Positions 52,076 to 64,000 of a stretch of DNA of 64,000 nucleotides are shown here, piece after piece. The notes beneath the pieces were generated by a model, which was not told the DNA's origin, made no database searches, and worked only from the letters and a program-made list of their open reading frames with translations. Each line of letters opens with the position of its first letter. Positions within the stretch are counted from its first letter, which is position 1. A program made the position numbers and the translations under genes. This DNA comes from Camelus dromedarius (lineage: Eukaryota): positions 5,456,001 through 5,520,000 of the forward strand of contig NC_087436.1 in assembly GCF_036321535.1 (NCBI RefSeq). The letters are read 5' to 3'.

Positions 52076-52115
<40 letters not shown>

Positions 52116-52422
52116 ACATTTTCTTCATCCATTCATCCACTGATGGGCACTTAAATTGGTTCCTGTTTTGGCTATTGTGAATAATGCTGCAGTGAACATG
52201 GAAGTTCAGACATCTCCTCTAGATCTTGTTTCCTTTGGATATATTCCCAGAGGCTGGGTTGCTGGATGAAATGGAGTTCTGTTTTAAATTTCTTGAGGAA
52301 TCTCTGTGCTGTTTTTCACCGTAGCTGTGTCAGTTTGCGTTTCCACTAACAGTGTACAGTGATTCCCTTTTCTCCACAGTTTTCCCAGAATTTGTTACCT
52401 TGTGTCTTTTTGATAATAGCCA
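51575..52422 (-). mobile_element. Old L1 (L1MA-like) 3' region containing a (TA)n microsatellite at ~52081-52112
   Basis: ORF 51932-52132(-) has EYYSALKK..ILSFATIW; L1 3' UTR motifs present. Confidence 0.88.
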
Positions 52423-54329
52423 GAGAGCATATTTCTCAAAAGCAAAAGAAAACAAGAAGGCCTCCCAAAACAAGAGGCTGGAAAAGCAGAGAGCGTTAGA
52501 TTTGTCTAAATGTAGGACATATGTTCATTTAAACAGTATGATGTGGACAGCGTGTGAGTTGTGATATCAGACAAGCTTACTTGATGTGTTTGTTATACCC
52601 TTAAAAAGAGTGAAAAAAATGACAGAATTAAAGCAACAGTATTTTGCCTGGCACAGTAACTCTCAGAGATGGTGACTATTTGGTTGACATGCAATTGCAA
52701 ATTAATGTAATATTTCACAGTACAATCTCATCCTGAAGAAAATGCTAAAGAAAATGAACCATTAATGTTTATTCGTAGCCCCACTATACGGTTGTGGTTT
52801 TGTTTATTAATAGCCCCTTAGAAATCTCCCCGACAAAGACCTGCTAACATGAAGAAAGCCCTAAAACTTGGAAGTTTCAGTATTCCCAGTGCTTTCCTGT
52901 CCAGCTCAGATCTTTCTACTTTCTCAAGGGGCAGTTGCTTGTCCCAGAAGGCATGATGTTAGGAGACCGAGCTTGGGGGTGGATGGATGTGAGTCGCTGC
53001 AAGCCAGATGGTAGACAGATGTGGACAGCTTCAGAAGGAGGAGGGCAGCCCTTTCCTCCAGGATATAAAGTTGATTATCAAACAAGAAGCAATCAAGGTG
53101 ATAGTCATTAACATTGCTGTAGGGAAATTTTAGCCAGCTCTGTTTGGAAAACATTCCTTCCTTCCGGCTTCTTTGTTTCTTAATTCTGGTGCTATTGATG
53201 ACTAAATTCAAAGGAATCTCACATTTATTCACAAGCCATAATTGTGTAGTGGAAGGAAAACCACAGCTGTCTTAATAACTCCGCAAGCTCTCCTGCACGT
53301 CCATGGTCCTGCGCTTGTGTGATGATCTCAGTTTCTAGCTTTGTGGTTGCTGTTTCTATACCTGTGTGTTCATGTGCATTCTGCTGCCTTACGTTTCCAT
53401 ACGGTATCACTATTAATACTGTAAGTGATATTTACTGGCATTAATGGCCGCATCACCCAAATTGTCAACTAAACATAAGCGTCCTAATTTGAAGTCGCTA
53501 CAACAGTCACTTCTCATCGTGCCAGTTAACGTGCTCCTGTTTGTGACACTGGTGATAAGAGTAATCTGAACAGTGAGAAAAATAATTTGTTAGTTGCTGG
53601 GTGGCATCTGCTCTACATTTATGCTTAAAGTATTTTTTGTTTTTTTTTCCATTTAATTCTTAACTTTGGCTTAAATCAGTGGGATTTATATAATAGAAAA
53701 TACGAACTGTTGCACTCGTGGGGGAAAATTGGGTGTTGCAGTCTATTGTAATAATCTATATGCAGGCATTTTACTGCATCAGAAATACATAGGAGCTCTT
53801 CCATGGAAATAGAAGCCTGCTTATACAAGCCATTGTCTTTCTTTGGTGTAGGCATGCTTTGTAATTACATTGAATTATTAATACACTACAATTCATGATC
53901 CTGCCAAACTTTTTGCGACTTCCTGGTGTGTGACTTTTTGTTTGTTTTCATAATAGACTTCAAATCTTTTTGAGCAGTGCAGTCTGTCAAGAAAAAAAAA
54001 AAAAAGATCGTATTTGGGATTAGCCAAAAGCGTTTAATTCTAGTTTGTAGCAATTACTCATCTTTGTTGTTTTAAAACAATCTTATTCTATATATTTCCT
54101 TCTATATATTAATTTCAATTTCTTTCCTAACAGCTTGTCATAGTTTACTATTCTTTATTTTTGTTGCTTTTGTTATTAACATTCCAGAATTGTTTCATTT
54201 ATTATAGAATAATATCAGACATGCTTGTCCCAGTTTTTTTTTTTTCTATTTTTCAACTCATAGACACAAACCTTAAAATGGCATTATGTTTATTTTTTCT
54301 CATATCACTCATTGTCAGGGGTTGCACCC

Positions 54330-54790
54330 TGGGGTAGGCTAAATAGTTGTCGCGCAGATATGACTGTGGCCTAATCCCTGGAACCTGTGAGTGTTACTTT
54401 ACACAGTGAAACACCCTGCATATGTGATTAGGGCTCTTGGAGGAGGGGAGTGTCCTGGCTATCCGAGGGGTCCCAGTGTAATCACAAGGCTCCTTGGAGA
54501 GGGAGGGGGAGGACTGTGTCAGTAGCAGTGGGTGTGATGAAAACAACATGAAGTGGGATTGACACCTGGTCCAGGAATACAGGTGGCCTCGAGATGCTGG
54601 GAAAAGCAAGGAACTGGGACTCTCCTCAGAGCCTCCAGAGGCAACCTGCCCTGGGGACACCTTGGCTTCAGCCCAGGAAGTCTGATTTTGATGTTCTGAG
54701 CTCCAGACCCATAAGGTGATAATTTGCCATGTTCTTGAATTCCCTAAGTTTTTGCTAATTTTGTTAAAGCAGCATGAGGGAACTGATACA
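54330..54790 (+). mobile_element. MaLR solo LTR (MLT1-type)
   Basis: cctaatccctggaacctgtga.tgttac, gtaatcacaagg, agagcctccaga, cttggcttcagcccag and an end at ...aaactgataca match MLT1 consensus motifs. Confidence 0.85.
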
Positions 54791-55238
54791 CACACTGATG
54801 AACAGTAGTTAACAATTTTTTTTCTCCTAAATTCTGTTGGAGGATGATCTGATTACATATGACTTTCTCCCAAATGCTGCTGGCAGGTTACCTGATTATA
54901 TATATTGCTTTTTCCATAGATGGAGATGCCAAAAATAACCAGTAGTTTTTTGTTCAATCATTACTAAAAATTCTCACTCATGAAAGTCAGTCATAAGGAC
55001 GTTGTTTGAAAGAGAAGCTATGTTTTTTAGTAGTTAAAGTATGCTATATTTCTGTCTCTCTGTCAGAGTTCCTTTTTAATGGATCTAGAAGAATAATATA
55101 TGAATGAAGAATAATATAATCCATAAAAATAAAATGAAGAATAATATAGTTCATCATGGATTCTTTCCTCTTTGCCCTATATCTCCTAGCTAGACTATTC
55201 GGAAACATTGGTGGTTAGACATTGTAACGAGTCTTGTA

Positions 55239-55453
55239 CAGCTGACCCCTGAACAACACGAGTTTGAAGCACACAGGTCCACTTTTGTGCGGACTTTTTC
55301 ACTCTGATACCGTATATGCTCTGCATACTACATGATCGGTAGTTGGTTGGCTGACTCCCTGGATGGAGGGGCCAACAAGAAAGTTACACGCTGACTTCTG
55401 ATGGCACCGTAGGTCGGCATTGCTAACCCCCTGCATTGCTCAAGGGTCAACTG
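55239..55453. mobile_element. Tigger2-derived MITE (TcMar) with terminal inverted repeats
   Basis: Left TIR ta-cagctgacccctgaacaa, right TIR ttgctcaagggtcaactg-tg (decayed TA target). Confidence 0.85.
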
Positions 55454-58389
55454 TGTTAGACAGTGGGATGAGGATGAGAACTGTCCCAGTTTTATTTCCA
55501 CCTTCCAGTAATTTGTCATTATCGATTGCTAGAGAAAATTGAATTAATGGTGTAAATAATGCTAGACAAACAGCCTAACCTGTCAAAATGTCATAGAAAT
55601 GATTTCTTCACTGCTATGTTTAACAGAAGCATGTCGGGCACTTTGTTTCTATCCAGTCCAGTGGACTGCTGCTCTTGTGGAGTTTATTGTTTGGTGTGGC
55701 ATCATTGCATCCCCCTCCCAGGCACCCCTAATCAAAATGGAATACAGGCATAGGTCTAGGAAAATTTGAATATTCATAACATGTTATTAATATTTAACTG
55801 AAACCATTTAAATATGGCATATTGAGAAAAGTAGAAAAAATATAACCTAAGGATTTTCACTGACATTTTGTTAACTTGCAGTTCTTACATGACACTTCTA
55901 ACCTCACTAAGGACTAAATTTATATCCTTTCAAATCAGGCATATAACAGCTCTATTGACAGAACTTTAATTATAATCCTGCCAGATGCTATGAGAACTGA
56001 TCTTCTTTATTTCCTTGAATGCCATTTAAAAAGTCATAATGTAAAGGAAACAAATGAGTAAAGATTGCATATGTGAGAGTTAGGTAAAAATTACAAGTAG
56101 TTAGAAGGCACAAAATATAAATAAACAGTTCTTAATATTAAAACATCATTAATGAGACTAACCAGTTCTAATATCTTCTTGTGAAATGTTTTATTGCCTT
56201 GAAGGAGTAGTTTAATTTGAGTGTTAATTGGTGCTGAAAATGTTGGAGGACGTCCATTTTCCAGATGTGACTATTAGTGGGCTGTTTGGAATGGACAATG
56301 GTAGTATTTGTCACCAAGTTCTTTAAAAACAATTGAAATTTCCCACTGATAAAAGAAGTCTGTTCTGATGGGAATTTGTTCTTTGTGAAATAAATGCTAG
56401 AGCTGTAATTATAGTGATTGAATCATTTAAAGTGAAAACAAATAGATTTCAAAGTTGGTTATCTTAATATAAAGCATTTGAAATGCCAATAACTGGCAAT
56501 TATTTAGAAATGATCATAAAATATTAACCAAAGCATGCTCACTAATAAGCTTTTATCTTTTAATGAATGTTGAGCCAAAGCGATTAATTTAAATTGTAAA
56601 AATTTTTAAACAGTCTTAAAGATGTACAAGCGGGCTGTAACTTGTATTGAACATAACAGTATACAGCTACATAGCTAATAGAAAAGCATCTTGGAAGCAC
56701 TTCCGTAACAAGATAATACATAATGACCAAGAATGATACAGTGCAGTAAGCCATTCCCAGTTTTTCGGCGATATTCATGGAATACAACTCTGGAGTTCTA
56801 CTGAAAAATAAAATTTAGAAAAAGATTCCGGTGGAGACTCAAAGCTTATGGTATATTGAGCTTACACCAGTGCCGCTGAAAACAAGGCATGTTCAGGAGG
56901 TGCTCAGAAAACCTACTTTAGCATCAAGATTTGTGACCTAGAACTGGATTACTGTTGAGGATCATTATAGGTCGATCTGCACAGAAGAGACCAAACCCAA
57001 TGAATTACACTATGGGCAGGATTTCTTTTTTTTGGAAGCAAAATCCTATTCATCATAATTACCAACATTATAAAAGAGTAACTGGATAAACTATATTCTT
57101 CTAATAAGACAAAATACTTGTTCGGCGCTTAATAAGCCCAGAAGAAGTTCATGTACCTTGTTAACATATCCTCATTTACTCCTTATAAAAACCCTGTCTT
57201 GTGGCTATATTACTATTCTCTCCATCTTGTAGGTAGGAAACACTGTCCTCTGTTCACATCTTAATCCTCTGCCATCTTACTTCTGATGTGCCACTCTACC
57301 AGAAGTGTTTTTGCTGAAATCCTCAGTGGCTTCCTCATTTGCTGAAAGTGTTAGTTTGATTGGACTTGACCTTCAATGGCACTTGGTGCTGGTGGCCATC
57401 CTAAAGCTTTGGACTCTGGTGAAATCACATTCTCAGGGTTGCGTGTGTTTTTTTTTTTTTGTTTTTTCCTCAGACTTCTAGCCAGCCCTTTAAATGCTTG
57501 TCCTTCCCTGGGTTGTTATATTTTCCCTGTGTTCCTTCTACAAGTTGTAATACTGGACAGACTCTTCTTCGTCTTGATTTCTGGGGATAATGTTTTCAAG
57601 GTTCATTCATGTTGTAACATGTATCAGAATGTCATTCCTTTTTATGGCTGACTAATATTCCACAGGGTATATGTCTATACCACACTTTGTTTATCTGTTC
57701 CTCTGTTGATGGACACTTGGGTTCTTTCCACCTTTTGACTACTGTGAATAGGGCTGCTGTGAAAAATGGGTGTGCAAATATGCATTGTACTTTTTCCTTT
57801 CAGTTCTTTTGGGCAGTTCTAGGAGTGGAATTGCTGGGTCATATGGTAATTCTATATTTAAGTTTTGGAGAACAAAGCATAATTTTTTAAAAAGTTAAAA
57901 ACATACATATTGTGAGGACATGCCAGTGATTTATTTAACTCATTAATGAGGGAACGGGCAAGATAGTTGGACTGATTCAGTGGAGAATTCAGGAGGCTGG
58001 AGTGAAAGAACACTGAAATTAAGTTGCTAAATTAGATGCAGTTGTTAATGTTCCACAGGGCAACACAGGCTTATCTTTGGGAATATCTTTCCTGCCTGGC
58101 AGAAATCATTTGCATCTCTCCCAGACAAAAATCATTTGTAATTTATCAATCTTCTTGAAGTTACATAATTATACAGAGTCTGGGCCCTAATCCCCAGAAA
58201 ATGTCAAGTCACACAAAGTTACGTTTTCCTAGAGAACCACACAGCCCTTAGGTGGGCCCGTTAGGCAGTGCTTAGTGTGGTGTTGAACGAGCCATCTTTT
58301 TGCCTGTGTCCAAATTTTGAGTGCATTTTTCTTAACTTTTTATTTATTCCCTTTCATTTTGTCTACAGTATTTTTTGCATTCCCCGTTT

Positions 58390-59400
58390 TAAGTAGACTT
58401 TATTTTTTAGAGTAGTTTTGGGCTCACAGCAAAAGTAAGTGAAAGTATGGAGATTTCCCATAAGCCCTTTACCCCCAAACCTGCAGAGCCTCCCCCACCA
58501 TCAATACAGGACTCCCCATTGACACGTCACCACCTAAAGTCCAAAGTTTACCTTAGGGTTTGCTCTTGGTGTTAGACATTTGGTGGGTTTCAACAAATAT
58601 ATGATGACATGTATTCACCATTATAGTATCAAACAGAAGAATTTCACTGCGCTAAAGGCCCGATGTGCTCTATTCTCTCCCCTCATCCCCTGGCATCCAC
58701 TGAGCTTTTACTGTCTCCATAGTTCCGTCTTTTCCAGAATGTCATATACTTGGAATCATACAGTGTGTAGCCTTTCCAGATGGGCTTCTCTCACTTAATA
58801 ATATGCATTAAGGTTCCTTCATGTCTTTTCATGGCTTGATAGCTCATTTATTTTCAGCCCTGAATAATATTCCAGCGTCTGATGGACCACAGTTGATTTC
58901 CCCAGTCACCCACTGAAGAATATCTTGGCTGCTTCCAAGTTCTGGCAATTATGACTAAAGCTACATGCAGTAAATCCCCATGTGCAGGTTTTTGCGTGGA
59001 CATGGTTTTCAGCTTTCTGGGTAAATATCAAGGAGTGCAGTATGGTAAAGAGTATGTTTAGTTTTGTAAGAAGCTGCCAAACTGCCTCCCAAAGTAGCTG
59101 TAGCATTTTGATTCCCAGCAGCCATGAGTCAGAGTTCCGGTTGCTCCACATTCTCACATCCTTTTGATGTTGTCAGTTTCTGGATTTTGGCCATTGTAAT
59201 AGGCGTGTAGTGATGTCTCATTGTTTTAATTAATTTGCAATTTCTTGACATCAAATGACGTGGAGCATCTTTTTAAATTATTATTTTCCATCTGTATGTC
59301 TTCTCTGGTGAGGTATCAGTTAAGATCTTACACTCAGTTTTTTAAATTGGGTGGTTTGTTTTCTTATTGTTCCTTTTTTTAAGTCCTCTGTATATTTTCT
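58390..59400 (-). mobile_element. Old L1 (L1MA/MB-like) 3' region
   Basis: Collinear with 38900-40260, e.g. gggcttctctcacttaataatatgcat and tcttggctgcttccaagtt. Confidence 0.85.
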
Positions 59401-61018
59401 TGTCTTGATTTTAACTCCTGCCTTTCCACTGATCATTCCAAAACCTGTCTCTTGCTCTGGCTTCTTTAGTGGTGGTCTTGATTATTTTAGCTGTTTTCTG
59501 TAGCTTGATAATTAGTGATTCCTTTGTATTGTTGATGAAATGCTTAAGACACAGTGACTTTTTGCTTCCATCTATCCTGCCATCACCACCTGTTTAAAGG
59601 CTGCCCACTCTTCAAGAACTTCCTCAGATTCATATTCTATAGCCTTTCCTAATTTCTGGTGTCTGAAGTGACTGTTCTATCAACAAATATCATCCAGTGT
59701 CTGAAATGATCATTTATTCTCTCAACAAGTATCATCACCCTTGAAGTCCTCACCAGTTATTTCTCAGTTAATCATCACTCCTCGTGGGTCTGGGCCTCAA
59801 GCTTTTATCCCACTCAGACTGGTGGTGCAGACCTGTGAACACAGGAAGCCCATGAGGCGTAACTACTGAATGAATGAACGGATGGAGGGAGGGCGGAAGG
59901 ATCGCTTCACATAGTACAACACAACTGACTGTTAACTGAGCCGCATTTGTCATCGTTCAGTTTAGCCTGGAATGTAATTGCAGGTGGACGTTCTGTTGGT
60001 CTGTAAAACAAGTTTACCATTTGTAGTCAGTGTGTCTTAAGTCATTGAAATCTGAATAATAGTCCAGAAATCTCAGCTTTGTTTTCTAGTTCTGTGCTGC
60101 ACTGCTCTCTGTATGGCTAGCAGCGAGCATAGTGCTTGACGCCTAGTGCACAAAAACTGCCAACTGGTGATAATAGATATATTGATAATAATACTAATAA
60201 TACATATAATAAAATCAGTTATCTCTTTTGAGTATTCTCTTTGTACCAGATTTCATGCTTTCTTTAGGTACAGCACCTCATTGAATTCTTGTAAATAACT
60301 GGGGGCTATTTTTATTGACAGGGGATATGAGACTTAGAGAGGTTAAATAACTCGCCTTAGACCACACAGCAGGACATAATTCAGACTGAACTTGTCTAAC
60401 TTCCACGATCCTTTATGTCTCAGTGTAGATGTCAGTTCACTAAGTTACTTTTAACTGTTCCTCAGAGTCTAGATTAGAGGTCCCGTTGCAAACTGTTTCT
60501 TTTTACATAGTCTTCTTCAGATTGTTTTTATATGTGATTGATTTGTCAACATCCCTTACAGGTATTTCTGTGAAGTAATCACAGCTGCACGCTTCGTACC
60601 CAGAGCGTGTAAAGGAACATGTGGTTAACATTCAATTTTAGAGCTGAGTGACCGCCAACCGATCACCGAGGGACTTAGGAAGAACTTAGATAAATGTTTT
60701 CCGGAAGTGCCCAGTGTACTCTGTGGTTGGATTCTCAAGTGTGTAAAAGAGAAAGGAAACTAACTTTTTTATATACCGAGTACTATATTAATCGTTTACA
60801 CTGAGTAACTTATTTATCACATTAAGATATTAGTATTCCTTTTTTTTTTTAATTTAGAAACTGAGTTTAGGGAAGTTAAGAAACTTGCTCAGGGTCTTCT
60901 AAGATGCAGAGCTGAGGTTTGAACCAGGACCTTTCTATGCCCAAGTGCGTGCTGACTCCATTATACTAGGCTTTATACTTTAATTAACATAAATTTTTAA
61001 AAGTTGTATATGGTGGTG

Positions 61019-61421
61019 TGTTACTGACTCAGGTCCTTGGGCTCTTTAATCAATAGAAATAGGTAAGAGGCCAGACAAGGAATTCAGGCCAGGCTTTACT
61101 GGGACCCCTGGGGGGAGTGCAAGCTGGTCCTTTAAATGCGGTGAGGGTGCGGGTGGGTCCAGGGATGGAGCTGGAGGGGTGGCTTGGGTAGCCTGCCCAC
61201 CCCCGTTGTGGTCTGTGTGCAGGGATCATGCCCATTACCCTTCCATTGCTCCCTGAACCTCAGAAGTGGTCATTGGTTTGTGGCCTTTTTGTATCTTATT
61301 CATAATTTGCTGCAACTGTGCATGTGTGCAGTTATTTTTAGCCCCTTAGAGTTTCTTTGTTTTCTGTTGCTCAAGCATATGTTTGTCTGTAGCAAAGGGT
61401 CCCAGGTGCCAGCCTGTTTCA
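61019..61421 (-). mobile_element. ERV solo LTR (~400 bp)
   Basis: TG...CA termini, a - strand AGTAAA poly(A)-like signal (tttact near 61095) and a TATA-like tttaaa; GC-richer than the flanks. Confidence 0.65.
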
Positions 61422-63255
61422 GATACATAGAATAAAAAGGGGTTTGACTATAAATTAAAATGTTTTTATATCATTTGTAATTTTGTAGTTTTTTTCCCCC
61501 CAGACGGGTTTTATTTTGTCAAAGTCTCTGATGCTGTGTAGGGCTTTAATCAGCTTTCAGCTGATTAAAATGAACTTTGAACTTAATAACTGATAAATGA
61601 CATAAATGTATTCTTGGATTGTGTGGAAACATTGATTAGAAGCCTTTAGAAATCAGAAAGGATTTTGAAAAATAGGATTTCCAAGTCAAGAAGGATTTAG
61701 AAAAATGAACTTCACCTGGTAAAACATTATTGAAATTGCTTTAAAAATTTTAAAAGAAAAGTAATGTTGCTGTATAATTTAAGATGCATTAACCATACCA
61801 TTTTGGAAATAGGTGGGGCATAGAATCATGCTCCAAAAGAATGTAGGCATCTGTGGAGATTTTAAGGGGAATTCAGTATGTGTGGGGATTTTAAGGGAAT
61901 TCAATATAACGCTGGCTTAATTTCTAAAGTTCCACCCCAAGCATTACAAGATGGCTTCTTTTTTTAATTATGCAAAATATGCTGCAGTTAAAGATTAACA
62001 TTGCTTTAATTCCTGTTAGCTATCTTGACTAGTATTATAAAATATTGGTATAATGTCTTTAGAAGTTGATTGCTAAGAAGCAAAATGTAGTCATTTGGGG
62101 TCTAGATAAAGAATACCAATGAGACTTTAATATTATATTTCTATACATAAATCTAGCATTCTATTAAGGGAAGAAAACCTAATATTAAGCTAAAACAGAG
62201 CATCCTGCTTTTAGAAGCCATGCTGGCAGAGTTGCTTGGGTGCACACCTAGATACCACTGAAAGACTCTTGTCAAGTATACGGCAATGTCTCCTCTGTTA
62301 TTTTGTTTCTTTGTGACCCATCCCTGTGTCTGGAGGGGATTTGTGGTAGACGATAATGACAAATTACAGTGTAGTAATTAACTAGCAGGCATACCTGAGC
62401 CGTAGCCTTGAGAGTCATACCAGGAGGTGAGAGGTGCACTGAGCCCACTGGCTGCAGGACGTAGCTTTCAGCTCTCGGGCTGCCAGACAGAAGAAGCATG
62501 ATGACAGGCATGAAGGGGTCCTCCCCAGCAACAGGAAGCACAGACGGGCGTCAGGAGAGCACTGTCATCAGTAATATATAGATAAACAAATAAAATGGCA
62601 TAAAGAGGGAAAAAAATCCTCTTTAGTATCTGCCTGCAGTGGTCCCTGACCAAAGTTAAGAGACCATGGCTTTAATAACAAGCTTATAAAAGATACCTTG
62701 GCCACCTCATGGTTGTTTTTTATACTGACTTTAATTACAAGTTAAGGACGTAGGATTTTGTCATAATAACTGTGAATGCATATGGTAAACACTGTGATTT
62801 TAAGTTTTAGTCTTTGATGACTTACCTTGATAAGATACAGTAGTTATAGGAGGTAATAAAATTGCCTTTAATGTATATCGTTTTAGAATACCAGTCATTT
62901 TGGCTGGTGCGTACAAGGAGGCTTTTTAGCAAATAATAATTTGAAACTGAATACGGTTGAATGCAATGCCAAGTGGACATCAACTGCGTGCTTTAGCTAA
63001 GCTAGCATAATTGGAATTTTATTAGAAAATGGTCCTACTGCGTATTTCTTCTTAAGTGGAAGGCAATGCATGTTTTTGTGGAATGAAAAACACTTTGGTC
63101 GGGAAGCAGCGTTGTGGCTGCTGGAAGGCTGACCCTGTGAGGTAGACAGGCCTTTGCCGGGACACATTTTGAGCTGATTTCTGTAGTTGCCGCAGTCACA
63201 GTCAGAGGTGACGTGACCACTTAAGTCCCATTATAAAATTTTTAAAATAATTATT

Positions 63256-63370
63256 GGGGGAGGGGTAGGTAATTAGGTTTATTTATTTATTTTTTTAATG
63301 GAGGTACTGGGGATTGAAGTCAGGACCTTGTGCATGCTAAGTGTGTGCTCTACTCCTGAGCTATGAACCC
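63256..63370 (-). mobile_element. tRNA-derived SINE (vic-1-like)
   Basis: aggtaattaggtttatttattt...ggaggtactggggattgaagtcaggaccttgtgcatgctaagtgtgtgctctac..ctgagctat. Confidence 0.88.
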
Positions 63371-64000
63371 TGGAAAATGTTACCTTCGTTCTCCTCTGCC
63401 GGTGGTACAGATGTGTTCAGTGCCAGCTTAGAGCATCCTTAATTGGTTTGACTTTGGCACTTCAAAACCACCTGCATGTGAGTTTTAATAATCACTTTAT
63501 ATTAGGTGTCGATGTTTTTATAAACATCAAGTTTAGCTGTAAGATGTGGGTGGATTAAGTCTTTTTTTCCCTGTCTGTAGTTCAGTAAATGTTTGTTAAT
63601 GATTCTGTGCTTCACCCTTCTCTGGTTACTGGATAGAATCTGAAAGAGTAAATTTCTCAGATTTTTTTGAGGGTCACTGCCTATTGCTAATGCTTCATTT
63701 TATATTTGATGCCTATATAAAGAGTATGCGTTTGTTTCCTATAAATAGATTAGGTCTTATTATTTAATAAAAGATAGTCTATCACCTCTTCATATTTAAT
63801 TGTTTGGATTTTGATTTGATATCTATGGTCTGATTCATTTTGATCATGTCAACAGGCTATGGATAAATAGTATTTTGTGAATTTGGAATGGTTGAAAATA
63901 AGGTTGCTGAAACCCAAGGTAATTTATGCCTTGAACACTCTGGTGCATATTCTGAGTTCAGTATATAAAATTAAAATCAAAACACCCGAACGTAAGACCA

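Noticed and set aside
55088..55150. Three copies of gaagaataatata, and a similar ~29-bp doublet near 61855-61905
   Set aside because: Short slippage repeats in AT-rich intron with no sign of function.
48389..64000. Next GLRB exon (expected DYRVNIFLRQKWNDPRL...)
   Set aside because: Not found by eye. It most likely lies beyond the window, so this is not evidence of gene truncation.
1..64000. A novel multi-gene system (operon, defence system, CRISPR)
   Set aside because: The coding signal is accounted for by GLRB exons, an LRRC2 retrocopy and transposon relics; nothing supports an additional gene system.

Overview
Mammalian genomic DNA, most likely a camelid, judging from repeated vic-1-like tRNA-derived SINEs and young artiodactyl-type L1 3' ends. 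The window holds the 5' half of GLRB (glycine receptor beta subunit) on the + strand. It has a CpG-island promoter with a non-coding first exon (~15.2-15.46 kb) and three coding exons at 17369-17490, 46422-46528 and 48321-48388. These splice in frame to give the first 99 aa; the next exon was not found, so it lies beyond the window. About 9 kb upstream on the - strand is a disabled processed pseudogene of LRRC2 that appears to lack two internal exons. The rest is intergenic or intronic DNA rich in L1, L2, L3, SINE, ERV/MaLR LTR and DNA-transposon relics. I found no evidence of a new multi-gene biological system, and nearly all ORFs in the supplied track are spurious. The best leads are the exon-skipped LRRC2 retrocopy, a probable GC-AG first intron in GLRB, inverted SINEs bracketing exons 3-4, and a recent 114/111-bp tandem duplication. 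Repeat family names and ortholog comparisons come from recalled consensus sequences, not database searches. Repeat boundaries are approximate.
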